A stretch of DNA of 64,000 bases from Flavobacterium sp. (GCF_046155325.1 NZ_JBJXDQ010000003.1:4804-68803), one strand, 5' to 3'. Positions 27,801 to 37,895 are shown, numbered from the stretch's first letter. Notes: generated by a model not told the origin, from the letters alone. Numbers and translations: made by a program.

Positions 27801-28640
27801 TTATGGATTACAATAATCACAATACATTGGATCCTCTGTTTTTTTACCTTTGGGAAACATAATTTCAGAAACATAATCACATTTCATACAAGAATATAGA
27901 TTTGATTTTATCGACTTTGTTTCACTTCCACATAAGCTACAGTTCAAACCTAATACTACTGATGTTGCACTAAATCCTGGTGTAGAACATTTTGGACAAA
28001 GTGAATTGAGTTTATCTAATAATTTAAAAGCTGTATCTTTAATAACTTTCATTCGGGTAGGATTGTACATTGCCCGCATATCTGTTTCAACATAAATTGA
28101 AGTTGCTTTTAAAGTTAATTCAATATAATATTGTTTAAGGGCATCCCAACTCTGAATTCCTTTTCTAATTTCAGAAAAATTATTTTCAGTATCTTTTAAA
28201 ATTAAGGCGTGTGATGGAAAATTAATTTTATTAGCAAAATCTACAAGCTTATCAAAAGTGTAAATTATTGACCCATTAAAATTTGTTTCTAAACTAATCT
28301 CTCTGGCTGTAATCTCTAAATCATTTTTTTTATCAATAAATAGTAAAATCTCTTCATCTGCATTGGCAAAAAAGATACTCGGATGTGATCCGAAAGAACC
28401 TTCGCTAGCAATTCCTATATCACAATTAGTACAATTCATTGCCGTAAGACATTTGGCTCTAACCGTTTCTATTGAAGATGAAGTACGTTCTATTTCACCT
28501 GAAAAAGTCCCAAAATAATCAGTGTCAAAATTTTCTGGAACAAAACAATGAACACCAATACCATCTTGTAAAACTGGTGCTATTACACTTTCTTTTCCAT
28601 GCATAGTAGCAATTACTATTTTTCTACCTTCAAACATCAA
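27801..28640 (-). CDS. DUF6671-like protein with C-terminal Cys-rich zinc-binding region
   Basis: ATMHGKE, DTDYFGTFSGEIER, ASEGSFG; four CxxC pairs (CPKC, CSLC, CMKC, CDYC). Confidence 0.75.
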   Translation of the reverse strand: MMFEGRKIVIATMHGKESVIAPVLQDGIGVHCFVPENFDTDYFGTFSGEIERTSSSIETVRAKCLTAMNCTNCDIGIASEGSFGSHPSIFFANADEEILLFIDKKNDLEITAREISLETNFNGSIIYTFDKLVDFANKINFPSHALILKDTENNFSEIRKGIQSWDALKQYYIELTLKATSIYVETDMRAMYNPTRMKVIKDTAFKLLDKLNSLCPKCSTPGFSATSVVLGLNCSLCGSETKSIKSNLYSCMKCDYVSEIMFPKGKKTEDPMYCDYCNP

Positions 28641-28650
28641 ATTATGATAT

Positions 28651-28932
28651 TTAAACTAAAGTGATTTGGATAATACTATCTATTTTTATTTTCTTGACGT
28701 TTTTATCAGCATCTTTTAAAATCAGTTTAACATCTTCGATAGATTGTTTTAGATAGTCAACTCTTTTTTTTGAATGGGAAAAGTCATTCCCATTTCGAAT
28801 TTGATTACTAAAAGACTCTAATTGATGATAATTTATTTTATTATTCAATAAAGACATCAGTAATTTCAGGGCTTCTTCAGGCAAAAATTCCCCTTCTATT
28901 AATTGAAATTTGTGTTTAGTAGTATCTATCAT
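28651..28932 (-). CDS. Small hypothetical protein, first gene of the sbtA operon
   Basis: 93-aa ORF; LIEGEFLPEEA..KINYH; 10 nt from the next gene. Confidence 0.7.
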   Translation of the reverse strand: MIDTTKHKFQLIEGEFLPEEALKLLMSLLNNKINYHQLESFSNQIRNGNDFSHSKKRVDYLKQSIEDVKLILKDADKNVKKIKIDSIIQITLV

Positions 28933-28952
28933 AGTTTCTAAATTTATTTTTG

Positions 28953-29021
28953 CAAATATAGAATGAGTTATTTATAAATTATTATTTATATTTGTTATAC
29001 TAATCATAAAAAATATTTATG
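28953..29021. promoter_or_regulatory. Divergent promoters with a LysR-type box
   Basis: TATATTTG on the minus strand at 28953-28960 and on the plus strand at 28987-28994; CATAA-N7-TTATG (T-N11-A) at 29005-29021. Confidence 0.6.
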
Positions 29022-29942
29022 AACTATACGTTACATCAATTACAAATATTTTTAAAAGTTGCAGAAGTAAAAAGCATTACAAAAGCATCTGAGGAGCTAA
29101 ATTTAACCCAACCTGCGGTTTCAATTCAAATAAAAAATCTTCAAAATCAATTTGATATACCGCTAACAGAAGTTATAGGAAAACAACTTTATGTCACTGA
29201 TTTTGGCTTGGAAATTGTTGAAATTGCTAAGAATATTCTAAACGAAGTTCAAAAAATCAACTATTTAACAATGTCATTTAAAGGGATTCTATCCGGAAAA
29301 TTAAACCTTTCTGTCGTTTCAACAGGAAAATATGTAATACCCTATTTTTTATCCGACTTTTTGAAAATAAACCCAGGAATAGATTTAAATATGGACGTGA
29401 CCAATAAATTGAAAGTGATTAAAAGTCTAGAAAAGAATGAAGTTGATTTTGCTTTAGTTTCAGTACTACCAAAAAAAATAACGCTGAATTCAGAAATTTT
29501 ATTAGACAACAAATTATATTTAATAGGCAACAAAGAAGTAATTATCCCTAATAAACCTTATGGGAAATCTATCTTTAATACCATCCCTTTAATTTATAGA
29601 GAAGAAGGTTCTGCGACACGATTAATAATGGAGCAATTTTTCGAAAGAAATGAAATTAAAGCACCAATGAAAATGCAACTTACTTCTAATGAAGCAGTAA
29701 AGCAAGCTGTCATAGCAGGTTTGGGATACTCAATCATGCCCTTGATTGGGTCAAATAATGAATTAAAAAACAAGGAACTGCAAATAATTCCAGTTTTTGG
29801 TTTTCCTATTACTTCAGATTGGAGATTAGTATGGCTTAAGAACAAATCCCTAAGTCCCGTTGCGCAAGCTTATTTAGATTACATAAAAAAAGAAAAAGAA
29901 GTAATTGTCCAAAACCATTTTTCGTGGATTTACACTTTATAA
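29019..29942 (+). CDS. LysR family regulator, CbbR/CmpR-like
   Basis: YTLHQLQIF..LTQPAVSIQ HTH; REEGSATR and SNEAVKQAVIAGLG in the effector domain. Confidence 0.9.
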   Translation: MNYTLHQLQIFLKVAEVKSITKASEELNLTQPAVSIQIKNLQNQFDIPLTEVIGKQLYVTDFGLEIVEIAKNILNEVQKINYLTMSFKGILSGKLNLSVVSTGKYVIPYFLSDFLKINPGIDLNMDVTNKLKVIKSLEKNEVDFALVSVLPKKITLNSEILLDNKLYLIGNKEVIIPNKPYGKSIFNTIPLIYREEGSATRLIMEQFFERNEIKAPMKMQLTSNEAVKQAVIAGLGYSIMPLIGSNNELKNKELQIIPVFGFPITSDWRLVWLKNKSLSPVAQAYLDYIKKEKEVIVQNHFSWIYTL

Positions 29943-30265
29943 TATTCTAAAAAACAATAAATAATCAATAAAAATGCATGCCTTAAATTTCATAATAAAA
30001 CTGAAATAAATATTAAGTAGCTCATGAATCATTAAAATAATTTGTGATAATACAAAAAATAAAATTATCAATGCAAAGAAACAAGTTTCACGCTCAATCG
30101 ATAGCTATAATTATACGATAAAATCAGAATCTTCTTTTTTTACGATTCTTACGATTTAACAAATGTCGTTTTTCTAACTATTTTCCTAAAAAAGTAGATG
30201 TTAATATTATTTTAAATTTAATCCAATCGCTTTGATTTCATTTCATAAATCCTAATTTTGTTTTA

Positions 30266-30547
30266 ATGAAATTAACTGCTCAATTAGTATTATTATTTTT
30301 TATAGCCTTTCTTGTTACTCCAACTATTGTTAGTGTAATTGAGAAAAATGCAGATCTGTCATTATTTTATAGTTTTTCAGAAGAAGAAAAAACAAATAAA
30401 GATATTAAAGCCATATTTAATATTGAAGTAGCCACTACTCCAGACAATATATATCCATTGAATCATAGTTTAATACTCTCCGAGAATTTATCCAAACACG
30501 ATATAATTTCCTCCAAAATATTTATTCCCCCACCCGAACAAGTTTAA
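30266..30547 (+). CDS. Small hypothetical protein with N-terminal hydrophobic helix, upstream of SulP
   Basis: 93-aa ORF; hydrophobic N-terminus; ends IFIPPPE. Confidence 0.65.
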   Translation: MKLTAQLVLLFFIAFLVTPTIVSVIEKNADLSLFYSFSEEEKTNKDIKAIFNIEVATTPDNIYPLNHSLILSENLSKHDIISSKIFIPPPEQV

Positions 30548-30639
30548 TACATCGTCGATTTTAATTTTTAAAAATCAAATTTTTACGTTTTTTCAAAATG
30601 TGACAAAAAATCTTTGTATTCAATTTTTAGTACGGTATT

Positions 30640-32295
30640 ATGACAAAAAAACTCAATATTTTCGCCAGCCTTAAATCTGATTTTGCGTCAGGTTTAGTGG
30701 TTTTTTTGGTAGCTTTGCCACTCTGTTTAGGCATTGCAATGGCCTCAGGAGCCCCTTTATTTTCAGGTATTATTTCCGGCGTTATTGGCGGAATAGTGGT
30801 GGGTTATTTAAGTAAATCACACCTAAGTGTCTCAGGCCCGGCGGCAGGTTTGACAGCGATTGTATTAACTGCCATTACCGATTTGGGAGCTTTTGACCTC
30901 TTTTTGACAGCGGTATTTATTGCCGGACTAATTCAGTTGGCTTTGGGATTTATTAAAGCCGGAAGTATTTCGAACTATTTCCCAACCAATGTAATTGAGG
31001 GAATGTTGGCCGGTATTGGAATCATTATTATTCTAAAACAGATGCCACACGCTTTTGGTTACGACAGCGATTTTGAAGGAGATCAAGCCTTTTTCCAACC
31101 TGACGGGGGAAACACAATAACTTCTTTATTAGGCATTGTTAATTATGTTCAATTGGGAGCAATAATTATTACCGCATTATCCTTGATTATTTTAATTGCT
31201 TGGGACAGGGTTCCTTTTCTAAAGAAATTGAAACTGATTCCAGGAGCGCTTATAGTGGTGATTTTGGGAGTACTCTTGAACGAAATCTTCACCACAGCAG
31301 AAAGTTCTTTAGCCATTTCAAAAGAGCATTTGGTTTCTTTACCAATTCCATCCACTCTAGAAGAGTTCAAACAAATCATTGTAACGCCCAAATTTTCGGG
31401 TATTATGAATCCACAGGTTTGGGTTATAGGGCTGACCATTGCCATAGTAGCCTCAATTGAAACGTTGTTGTGCATTGAAGCGGCAGACAGAATGGATATA
31501 CACAAACGCTACACAGACACCAATGTAGAATTGAAAGCGCAAGGAATAGGAAACATTATCAGTTCTCTTTTTGGCGGTTTGCCAATGACGTCGGTGGTGG
31601 TTCGTACTTCGGCAAATAATAACGCAGGGGCAAAATCTAAAATGTCTGCTATAATCCATGGAATATTATTGTTGTTAAGCGTATTGATTATTCCTGCAAT
31701 ATTAAATAAAATCCCCTTGGCAACATTGGCAGCAATCTTGTTATTAGTGGGGTACAAATTAGCCAAACCCGCAACACTAAAACACTTTTGGGAAAAAGGC
31801 AAATACCAATTTATTCCGTTTATTGCCACACTATCTGCCGTTGTTTTCTCAGATTTGCTAAAAGGGGTTGCATTAGGAATGATTATTAGCGTTATTTTTG
31901 TCTTAAAAGGAAACATGCAAAGAGCCTATAAATTTAGAAAAGAAGAGTATCATGATGGAGATGTCATACACATAGATTTAGCTCAAGAAGTATCTTTTTT
32001 AAATAAAGCGGCAATTAAATCAACACTAAACGATATTCCGGAAAACTCAAAAGTAATTATAGATGCAAAAGACACTGTCTATATAGCCCATGATATTTTG
32101 GATTTAATTCATGAATTTAAAACTACCCGAGCCAAAGATGATAATATAAAAGTGAAGCTTAGAGGATTTAAAGAAGCCTATCAATTAGAAAATAGTAAGG
32201 AAACCCCAAACAAAGTTACTTTTGAACATTATTATGATGTTGCAAAAAGAAAAACCATACAAAGAGAAACCCTTTCTGAGGATTTTCTAAAATGA
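30640..32295 (+). CDS. SulP family inorganic anion (bicarbonate) transporter
   Basis: SGLVVFLVALPLCLGIAMASG, SVSGPAAG, GGLPMTSVVVRT; STAS-like C-terminus. Confidence 0.92.
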   Translation: MTKKLNIFASLKSDFASGLVVFLVALPLCLGIAMASGAPLFSGIISGVIGGIVVGYLSKSHLSVSGPAAGLTAIVLTAITDLGAFDLFLTAVFIAGLIQLALGFIKAGSISNYFPTNVIEGMLAGIGIIIILKQMPHAFGYDSDFEGDQAFFQPDGGNTITSLLGIVNYVQLGAIIITALSLIILIAWDRVPFLKKLKLIPGALIVVILGVLLNEIFTTAESSLAISKEHLVSLPIPSTLEEFKQIIVTPKFSGIMNPQVWVIGLTIAIVASIETLLCIEAADRMDIHKRYTDTNVELKAQGIGNIISSLFGGLPMTSVVVRTSANNNAGAKSKMSAIIHGILLLLSVLIIPAILNKIPLATLAAILLLVGYKLAKPATLKHFWEKGKYQFIPFIATLSAVVFSDLLKGVALGMIISVIFVLKGNMQRAYKFRKEEYHDGDVIHIDLAQEVSFLNKAAIKSTLNDIPENSKVIIDAKDTVYIAHDILDLIHEFKTTRAKDDNIKVKLRGFKEAYQLENSKETPNKVTFEHYYDVAKRKTIQRETLSEDFLK

Positions 32296-32349
32296 TTAAA
32301 TATTGAAGAAATTAGTTTAACAAATTCTTAAAATTTAACAAAACAAAAA

Positions 32350-32985
32350 ATGAGCGATTTTTATAAAAAAATATTAGATAATAACAAAAAATGGGTAGAA
32401 GCCTCTTTGGCTAATGATCCAAATTATTTTGCAGATTTAGCTAAAGGACAAACACCCCCATTATTATGGATTGGATGTTCAGACAGTAGAGTTCCAGCTA
32501 ATGAAATTATTGGAGCCAAGCCAGGTGAAGTTTTCGTTCATAGAAATATTGCCAACATGGTAGTCCATACCGATATGAATATGTTGAGCGTATTAGACTA
32601 TGCTGTAAATGTTTTGAAAGTAAAACATGTGCTTGTTTGTGGTCATTATGGCTGTGGCGGAATAAAGGCTGCAATGGGAAACGATTCCGTTGGTATCATT
32701 GACAACTGGATTAGACACATAAAAAATGTTTATCGATTACACGATGAGTACTTAAATTCAATTACTGATGAGACACAACGCTTCAATGCTTTTGTTGAAA
32801 TTAACGTCAAAGAACAAGTTTTTGATTTAGCTAAAACATCCATTGTTCAAGCTGCTTGGAAAAGAGGACAAGATTTAACACTACATGGCTGGGTTTATGG
32901 CTTAAATTCAGGTTTTGTGACCGATTTAAATGTGAATATAAGTTCAGAAAAGGATTTAGACGAAGTTTATCGATTGAGATTCTAA
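32350..32985 (+). CDS. can: Beta-class carbonic anhydrase
   Basis: GCSDSRV, HRNIAN, CGHYGCGG zinc ligands. Confidence 0.95.
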   Translation: MSDFYKKILDNNKKWVEASLANDPNYFADLAKGQTPPLLWIGCSDSRVPANEIIGAKPGEVFVHRNIANMVVHTDMNMLSVLDYAVNVLKVKHVLVCGHYGCGGIKAAMGNDSVGIIDNWIRHIKNVYRLHDEYLNSITDETQRFNAFVEINVKEQVFDLAKTSIVQAAWKRGQDLTLHGWVYGLNSGFVTDLNVNISSEKDLDEVYRLRF

Positions 32986-32988
32986 AAT

Positions 32989-33016
32989 AAAAATCGCCGT
33001 AAGGCGATTTTTTTAT
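32989..33016 (+). terminator. Intrinsic terminator
   Basis: aaaaatcgcc/ggcgattttt stem plus T run. Confidence 0.8.
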
Positions 33017-33251
33017 TTTTAAAATAATTCAAACAGAAAGTCGCCAAAAGTTAAAGAATCATTTTTACAGCAATAGATAATTATTTACTTAAAGAAAATG
33101 TAACCCCTACTACAAGAAATTGATGCCCTAGTAGTGAAATAAATTAATATAATTTTATAATGTTAAATGAAGTGTTAAAAATTTCTGAAAAATTTTAAAT
33201 TCCTAATTAATCAAAATAAGGTAGCTGAAATTTTATTAACGTATTTTAATC

Positions 33252-33290
33252 AAAAAGTCCCAATTCTTAAATTTTGAATTGGGACTTTTT
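33252..33290 (-). terminator. Terminator after yajC
   Basis: 15-bp stem aaaaagtcccaattc/gaattgggacttttt. Confidence 0.8.
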
Positions 33291-33319
33291 AACTAATAAA
33301 TACTTCTGAATAATAATAT

Positions 33320-33601
33320 TTATACTTGTTCTTTTTTATTTAGAACTGCACTCATTTCCATAGAAATTGCTGAACGTTCCATTTTTAACTTACCTGCCAT
33401 AGTTTCAACAACAACAGTAGTTTCGGCAAGCTCGGCAACTTTTCCGTGAAGCCCACTTTTTGTGATGATTTTGTCACCTACTTTCAGGGTGCTTTCAAAT
33501 TCTTTTTCTTGTTTAGCTTTCTTTTGTTGCGGTCTGATCATAAAGAAATAGATTACCACAAACATTAATAAAAAAGGTGCAAATTGATTTAATTGTTCCA
33601 T
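33320..33601 (-). CDS. yajC: Preprotein translocase subunit YajC
   Basis: YFFMIRPQQKK, LKVGDKIITKSGLHGKV. Confidence 0.95.
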   Translation of the reverse strand: MEQLNQFAPFLLMFVVIYFFMIRPQQKKAKQEKEFESTLKVGDKIITKSGLHGKVAELAETTVVVETMAGKLKMERSAISMEMSAVLNKKEQV

Positions 33602-33632
33602 TACTTGAGTTGTTTATTAAGTTATAATTGTT

Positions 33633-34577
33633 TTACATTAGTCCTCTACCCGCCTTAATAATTCTATTATCGGCTTGAAATTCTTTAACTATATTATCTA
33701 ATATTCCATTGATAAAAATACTGCTTTTTGGCGTTGAGTATTCTTTGGCTAATTCTAAATATTCATTTAAGGTAACTTTAACAGGAATTGAGGGGAATTT
33801 TAAAAATTCACAAACTGCCATTTTAAGAACAATAGTGTCAATTTCCGCTATTCGGTCAATATCCCAATTGGTTGTTTTATTAGCATACTCTTTTGAAAAT
33901 TCTTTTTCGTTTAAGATTGTTTTTCTAAACAAGTCTTGAACGAAATCTTTATCTTCGTTATCTTTGAATAATTTAGGCACTTTAAAACCTCTGTCATCAA
34001 TTGATTTAATTGCTCTTAATTGTTTGATTATGTGAGTATTTACAATTGGTATGTCGTCAACCCAAGTAAGTTTGTAATCTTCAAGATAATCATACAATTT
34101 TTCGTTAGTTACAATTACTTCTGAAAATAATTCAATCAAAAACTCCTTATCTTCTTCAAATGAATTGGTAGTAGTACTCATATATTTTTCATACAACTTA
34201 CTCTTTTTTATATCTGACAGCAGTAATAAAATATAATCATCGTTTAATGTCCAATTATTGATTTTACGATTTTCTAAAGCAATACTTAGCGAATTATTAT
34301 CAGAAAGGATTCTAAAAATAGAATTCTTTATAAACTTCTCGTTAGGCCTAAGTTCCTGTGCTGTAGCAAGATGTTTTTGACTTGATTTTTGTAAAAAAAT
34401 AGTTTCTTTTTTACATATTTCTATCAAAGAGGAAAGCATTATTAGGTATAAATCTAGAATAGAATCAATACTGTAAAAAAGGAATTTTTCTTCTTTTTCC
34501 AAATCAACCGAACCTTTTTGATGCATTGCATAAATAGATTGCATTACCTTAACACGAATATGTCTTCTGTTTATCAC
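33633..34577 (-). CDS. nusB: Transcription antitermination factor NusB
   Basis: NRRHIRVKVMQ, WDIDRIAEID, VTLNEYLELAKEYS..FINGILD; GTG start at 34577 inferred. Confidence 0.92.
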   Translation of the reverse strand: MINRRHIRVKVMQSIYAMHQKGSVDLEKEEKFLFYSIDSILDLYLIMLSSLIEICKKETIFLQKSSQKHLATAQELRPNEKFIKNSIFRILSDNNSLSIALENRKINNWTLNDDYILLLLSDIKKSKLYEKYMSTTTNSFEEDKEFLIELFSEVIVTNEKLYDYLEDYKLTWVDDIPIVNTHIIKQLRAIKSIDDRGFKVPKLFKDNEDKDFVQDLFRKTILNEKEFSKEYANKTTNWDIDRIAEIDTIVLKMAVCEFLKFPSIPVKVTLNEYLELAKEYSTPKSSIFINGILDNIVKEFQADNRIIKAGRGLM

Positions 34578-34728
34578 TTTGTAAGAACTTTTAATATTTG
34601 AGTTTGCAAAAATAGGGATTTCATTTTTTAAATTATAATAAAACTCCAAAAATGCTATTTATTTTTTTTGTAATAAGCTTATCTTTGGAACCATATTCGC
34701 ACAACTATTTTAAGCGCAAATTTTTAAA

Positions 34729-36489
34729 ATGAAAGAATTAGGATATCTAAATAAATACTTCATTAAATACAAATACAGTTTCTTACTTGGAATTGTAATT
34801 ACTATTATCGCACAGATTTTTTCGCTCTTTACTCCGAAAATTATAAGTAAATCTTTCAAAATAATAGAAGATTATATAGCAAACAAATCGATGCCAATAA
34901 GCTATATTAAACAGGAATTAATTTCGAATATTGTATTGATTATCGTTACCACAATTATTGCAGGATTTCTTTCGTTTTTAATGCGTCAAACATTAATTGT
35001 AATGTCTCGCAATATTGAATTTGATTTAAAAAATGAAGTTTTTAAACAATACGAAAACCTTTCACAGAATTTTTATAAACAAAATCGAACTGGAGATTTA
35101 ATGAGCCGAATCAGTGAAGATGTTTCTAAAGTAAGAATGTATGTTGGCCCAGCAGTAATGTACACCATAAACACCATTATACGATTTGCTATTGTTATAC
35201 TATACATGTTTAACGTTTCTCCTGAATTAACCCTATACACATTACTACCATTACCTATTTTATCTTACGTTATATTTAAATTAAGCACTAAGATTAACAA
35301 AAGAAGTACAATATTCCAACAATATTTATCCAAAATTTCTAGTTTTACCCAAGAAATTTTTTCAGGGATTAGAGTTATTAAAGCCTATTCCTTAGAAGAC
35401 CAACACCAAAAAAACTTAATTAATTTAGCACACGAGAGTAAAGAAAAGAGCATGAATTTGGCTAAATTACAAGCACTATTCGGACCTTTAATGATTGCTT
35501 TAATTGGGATTAGCAATTTAGTGGTTATCTACTTTGGGGGTCAAATGTATATTAATGGAACTATAAAAAGTATTGGAATCATTGCTGAATTTATTTTATA
35601 TGTGAATATGCTAACTTGGCCTGTAGCTTCACTGGGATGGATTTCTTCGATGGTTCAAGAGGCCGAAGCTTCTCAAAAACGTATCAATGAATTTCTTAAA
35701 ATTGAACCTGAAATACAAAATAATAATTTTGAAAAATCAATTATAGAAGGCAGTATTTCTTTTGAAAATGTTAATTTCACTTATGAAGACACCAAAATTC
35801 AAGCTTTGAAAAATGTTAGTTTTGATGTTAAAAAAGGAGAGACTTTAGCCATTTTAGGAAAAACAGGCTCTGGAAAATCAACTATAATTTCCTTAATATC
35901 TCGGATGTATGATGTTACTTCTGGCAAAATCACTATTGATGGTGTAGCAATTAGTACTCAAAACTTATATGATTTAAGAAACAATATTGGTATTGTACCG
36001 CAAGATGCTTTTTTGTTTTCGGATACGATACAAAATAATATTAAGTTTGGTAAAGAGAATGCTACACAAAATGAAGTAGAATTAGCTGCAAAAAGTGCAA
36101 TGGTACATGATAACATTATCAACTTTAATAAGCAATACGAAACCATCCTCGGCGAAAGAGGTATTACACTTTCTGGAGGACAAAAACAAAGAGTTTCTAT
36201 TGCAAGAGCAATTATAAAAAACCCTCCTATTTTACTTTTTGACGATTGCCTTTCAGCAGTTGATACTGAAACCGAAGAAGCAATTTTGAATAATTTATTT
36301 GAAATTTGCAAAGACAAAACAACTATTATTGTAAGTCATCGCGTTTCATCAGCAAAAAACGCAGACAAAATTATCATTTTAGAAGATGGTGAAATAATTC
36401 AACAAGGCACTCATAATCAATTAATAAATAAAGATGGATATTATGCATCTTTATATTTGAAACAACTTTCTGAAAAAGAATTGCAATAA
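34729..36489 (+). CDS. ABC transporter, fused permease/ATP-binding protein
   Basis: TM domain; GKTGSGKS, LSGGQKQR, LFDD motifs. Confidence 0.95.
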   Translation: MKELGYLNKYFIKYKYSFLLGIVITIIAQIFSLFTPKIISKSFKIIEDYIANKSMPISYIKQELISNIVLIIVTTIIAGFLSFLMRQTLIVMSRNIEFDLKNEVFKQYENLSQNFYKQNRTGDLMSRISEDVSKVRMYVGPAVMYTINTIIRFAIVILYMFNVSPELTLYTLLPLPILSYVIFKLSTKINKRSTIFQQYLSKISSFTQEIFSGIRVIKAYSLEDQHQKNLINLAHESKEKSMNLAKLQALFGPLMIALIGISNLVVIYFGGQMYINGTIKSIGIIAEFILYVNMLTWPVASLGWISSMVQEAEASQKRINEFLKIEPEIQNNNFEKSIIEGSISFENVNFTYEDTKIQALKNVSFDVKKGETLAILGKTGSGKSTIISLISRMYDVTSGKITIDGVAISTQNLYDLRNNIGIVPQDAFLFSDTIQNNIKFGKENATQNEVELAAKSAMVHDNIINFNKQYETILGERGITLSGGQKQRVSIARAIIKNPPILLFDDCLSAVDTETEEAILNNLFEICKDKTTIIVSHRVSSAKNADKIIILEDGEIIQQGTHNQLINKDGYYASLYLKQLSEKELQ

Positions 36490-36559
36490 TTCTTGCGTAA
36501 TAAATATATTTTTTAGATTTTTGATTACCAGTTATAAAAACTAAATCGATATAGATACC

Positions 36560-36940
36560 ATGAGAGAAAATGACATGTTAGAAAAAGAAGAGATATTTTC
36601 TAAAGTATTACGAGCAGGAAGAAGGACTTATTTTTTTGATGTAAGAGCAACCAAAGCAGACGATTACTATATTACCATTACCGAAAGCAAAAAATTCACT
36701 GAGGCTGATGGTTCATTTCACTTTAAAAAACATAAAATATTTTTATATAAAGAAGATTTTACCGCTTTCGGGGAAATTTTAGAAGAAATGACATCTTATG
36801 TGCTCAATCACAAAGGTGAAGAAGTAATATCAGAAAGACATCAAAAAGATTTCAAAAAAGAATATCCTGAAGAAAATCACGACGAGACTGAAACTCCCTC
36901 GACATCAAGTTTTACTGATATTGAATTTGATGATATTTAA
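36560..36940 (+). CDS. PUR-family DNA/RNA-binding protein (DUF3276)
   Basis: RAGRRTYFFDV, YITITESKK, KHKIFLYKEDF. Confidence 0.85.
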   Translation: MRENDMLEKEEIFSKVLRAGRRTYFFDVRATKADDYYITITESKKFTEADGSFHFKKHKIFLYKEDFTAFGEILEEMTSYVLNHKGEEVISERHQKDFKKEYPEENHDETETPSTSSFTDIEFDDI

Positions 36941-36975
36941 TTTAAATACTATAAACCAAAATAACTAACCAACCT

Positions 36976-37012
36976 AAAAGTCTGAAAATCGAAAGATTAT
37001 CAGACTTTTTTT
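36976..37012 (+). terminator. Intrinsic terminator
   Basis: aaaagtctga/tcagactttt stem plus T run. Confidence 0.75.
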
Positions 37013-37073
37013 ATTATAAAGAATTTACCTCTTATCTAAATAATCAATGTTTAAATTTTAATCTATTTTTATT

Positions 37074-37895
37074 ATGACAACTACAATTGTTTCTTCAAAA
37101 TGGCTTTTCGAACATATAAATGACCCAGATCTCATTATTCTTGAAGCTAGATTAGACAAAAACCAATCGAATTTAGAAAACCAATTTCAAGATATTCAAA
37201 TTTGTGGTGCTCGAATATTTGATATAAAAAATACATTTAGCGATACCTCAAATCCATTACCTAATACTTTCCCTTCGGTAGTTCAATTCAATTTTGAATG
37301 TCAAAAATTAGGGATAAATAAAACTAGCAAAATTATTGTTTATGACACAATAGGAATCTACTCCAGTCCAAGAGTATGGTGGATGTTTAAAGCAATGGGG
37401 CATTACAATATCGCTGTTCTAGATGGCGGATTACCACAATGGATAAAAGAGGGGTTTCCTATTGAACCATGTAAAGAAGTTAGCTATAGTATAGGCAATT
37501 TTGATGGTAAACTTAATCCTGAAATGATAAGGAATAAAGAGCAAATTTTTGAAAACATAAATACCAAAGAAGCCATATTGATTGATGCAAGATCACCAGA
37601 ACGTTTTCATGCAACGATTCGAGAAACAAGAGTTGGAATTAGAAACGGACATATTCCAGGTTCTATAAACATCCCTTTCGAAACTCTTATAAACAATGGA
37701 AAATACAAATCTAAAGAAGAATTAATCAAACTAATACACCTGAAAAATCAACCATTATATTTCACTTGTGGCTCAGGAATTACTGCCTGTATTGTACTAC
37801 TGGCATGCGAATTAATTTCAGAAAATTCAAAAGCTATCTACGATGGTTCCTGGACTGAATGGGGACATGCAACGGATTTACCTATAGACCAATAA
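37074..37895 (+). CDS. Two-domain rhodanese sulfurtransferase (SseA-like)
   Basis: SPRVWW, LDGGLPQW, GHIPGS, CGSGITAC, YDGSWTEW. Confidence 0.92.
   Translation: MTTTIVSSKWLFEHINDPDLIILEARLDKNQSNLENQFQDIQICGARIFDIKNTFSDTSNPLPNTFPSVVQFNFECQKLGINKTSKIIVYDTIGIYSSPRVWWMFKAMGHYNIAVLDGGLPQWIKEGFPIEPCKEVSYSIGNFDGKLNPEMIRNKEQIFENINTKEAILIDARSPERFHATIRETRVGIRNGHIPGSINIPFETLINNGKYKSKEELIKLIHLKNQPLYFTCGSGITACIVLLACELISENSKAIYDGSWTEWGHATDLPIDQ

Noticed and set aside
33095-33145. cctactac..ctagtagtg segment as a riboswitch or sRNA
   Set aside because: Pairing is weak, it lies between convergent terminators, and no recognisable aptamer core is present.
33602-33632. Possible loss of a DUF1573 gene between nusB and yajC
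   Set aside because: Rests only on my memory of synteny in other Flavobacteria; there is no remnant in the 31-nt gap.
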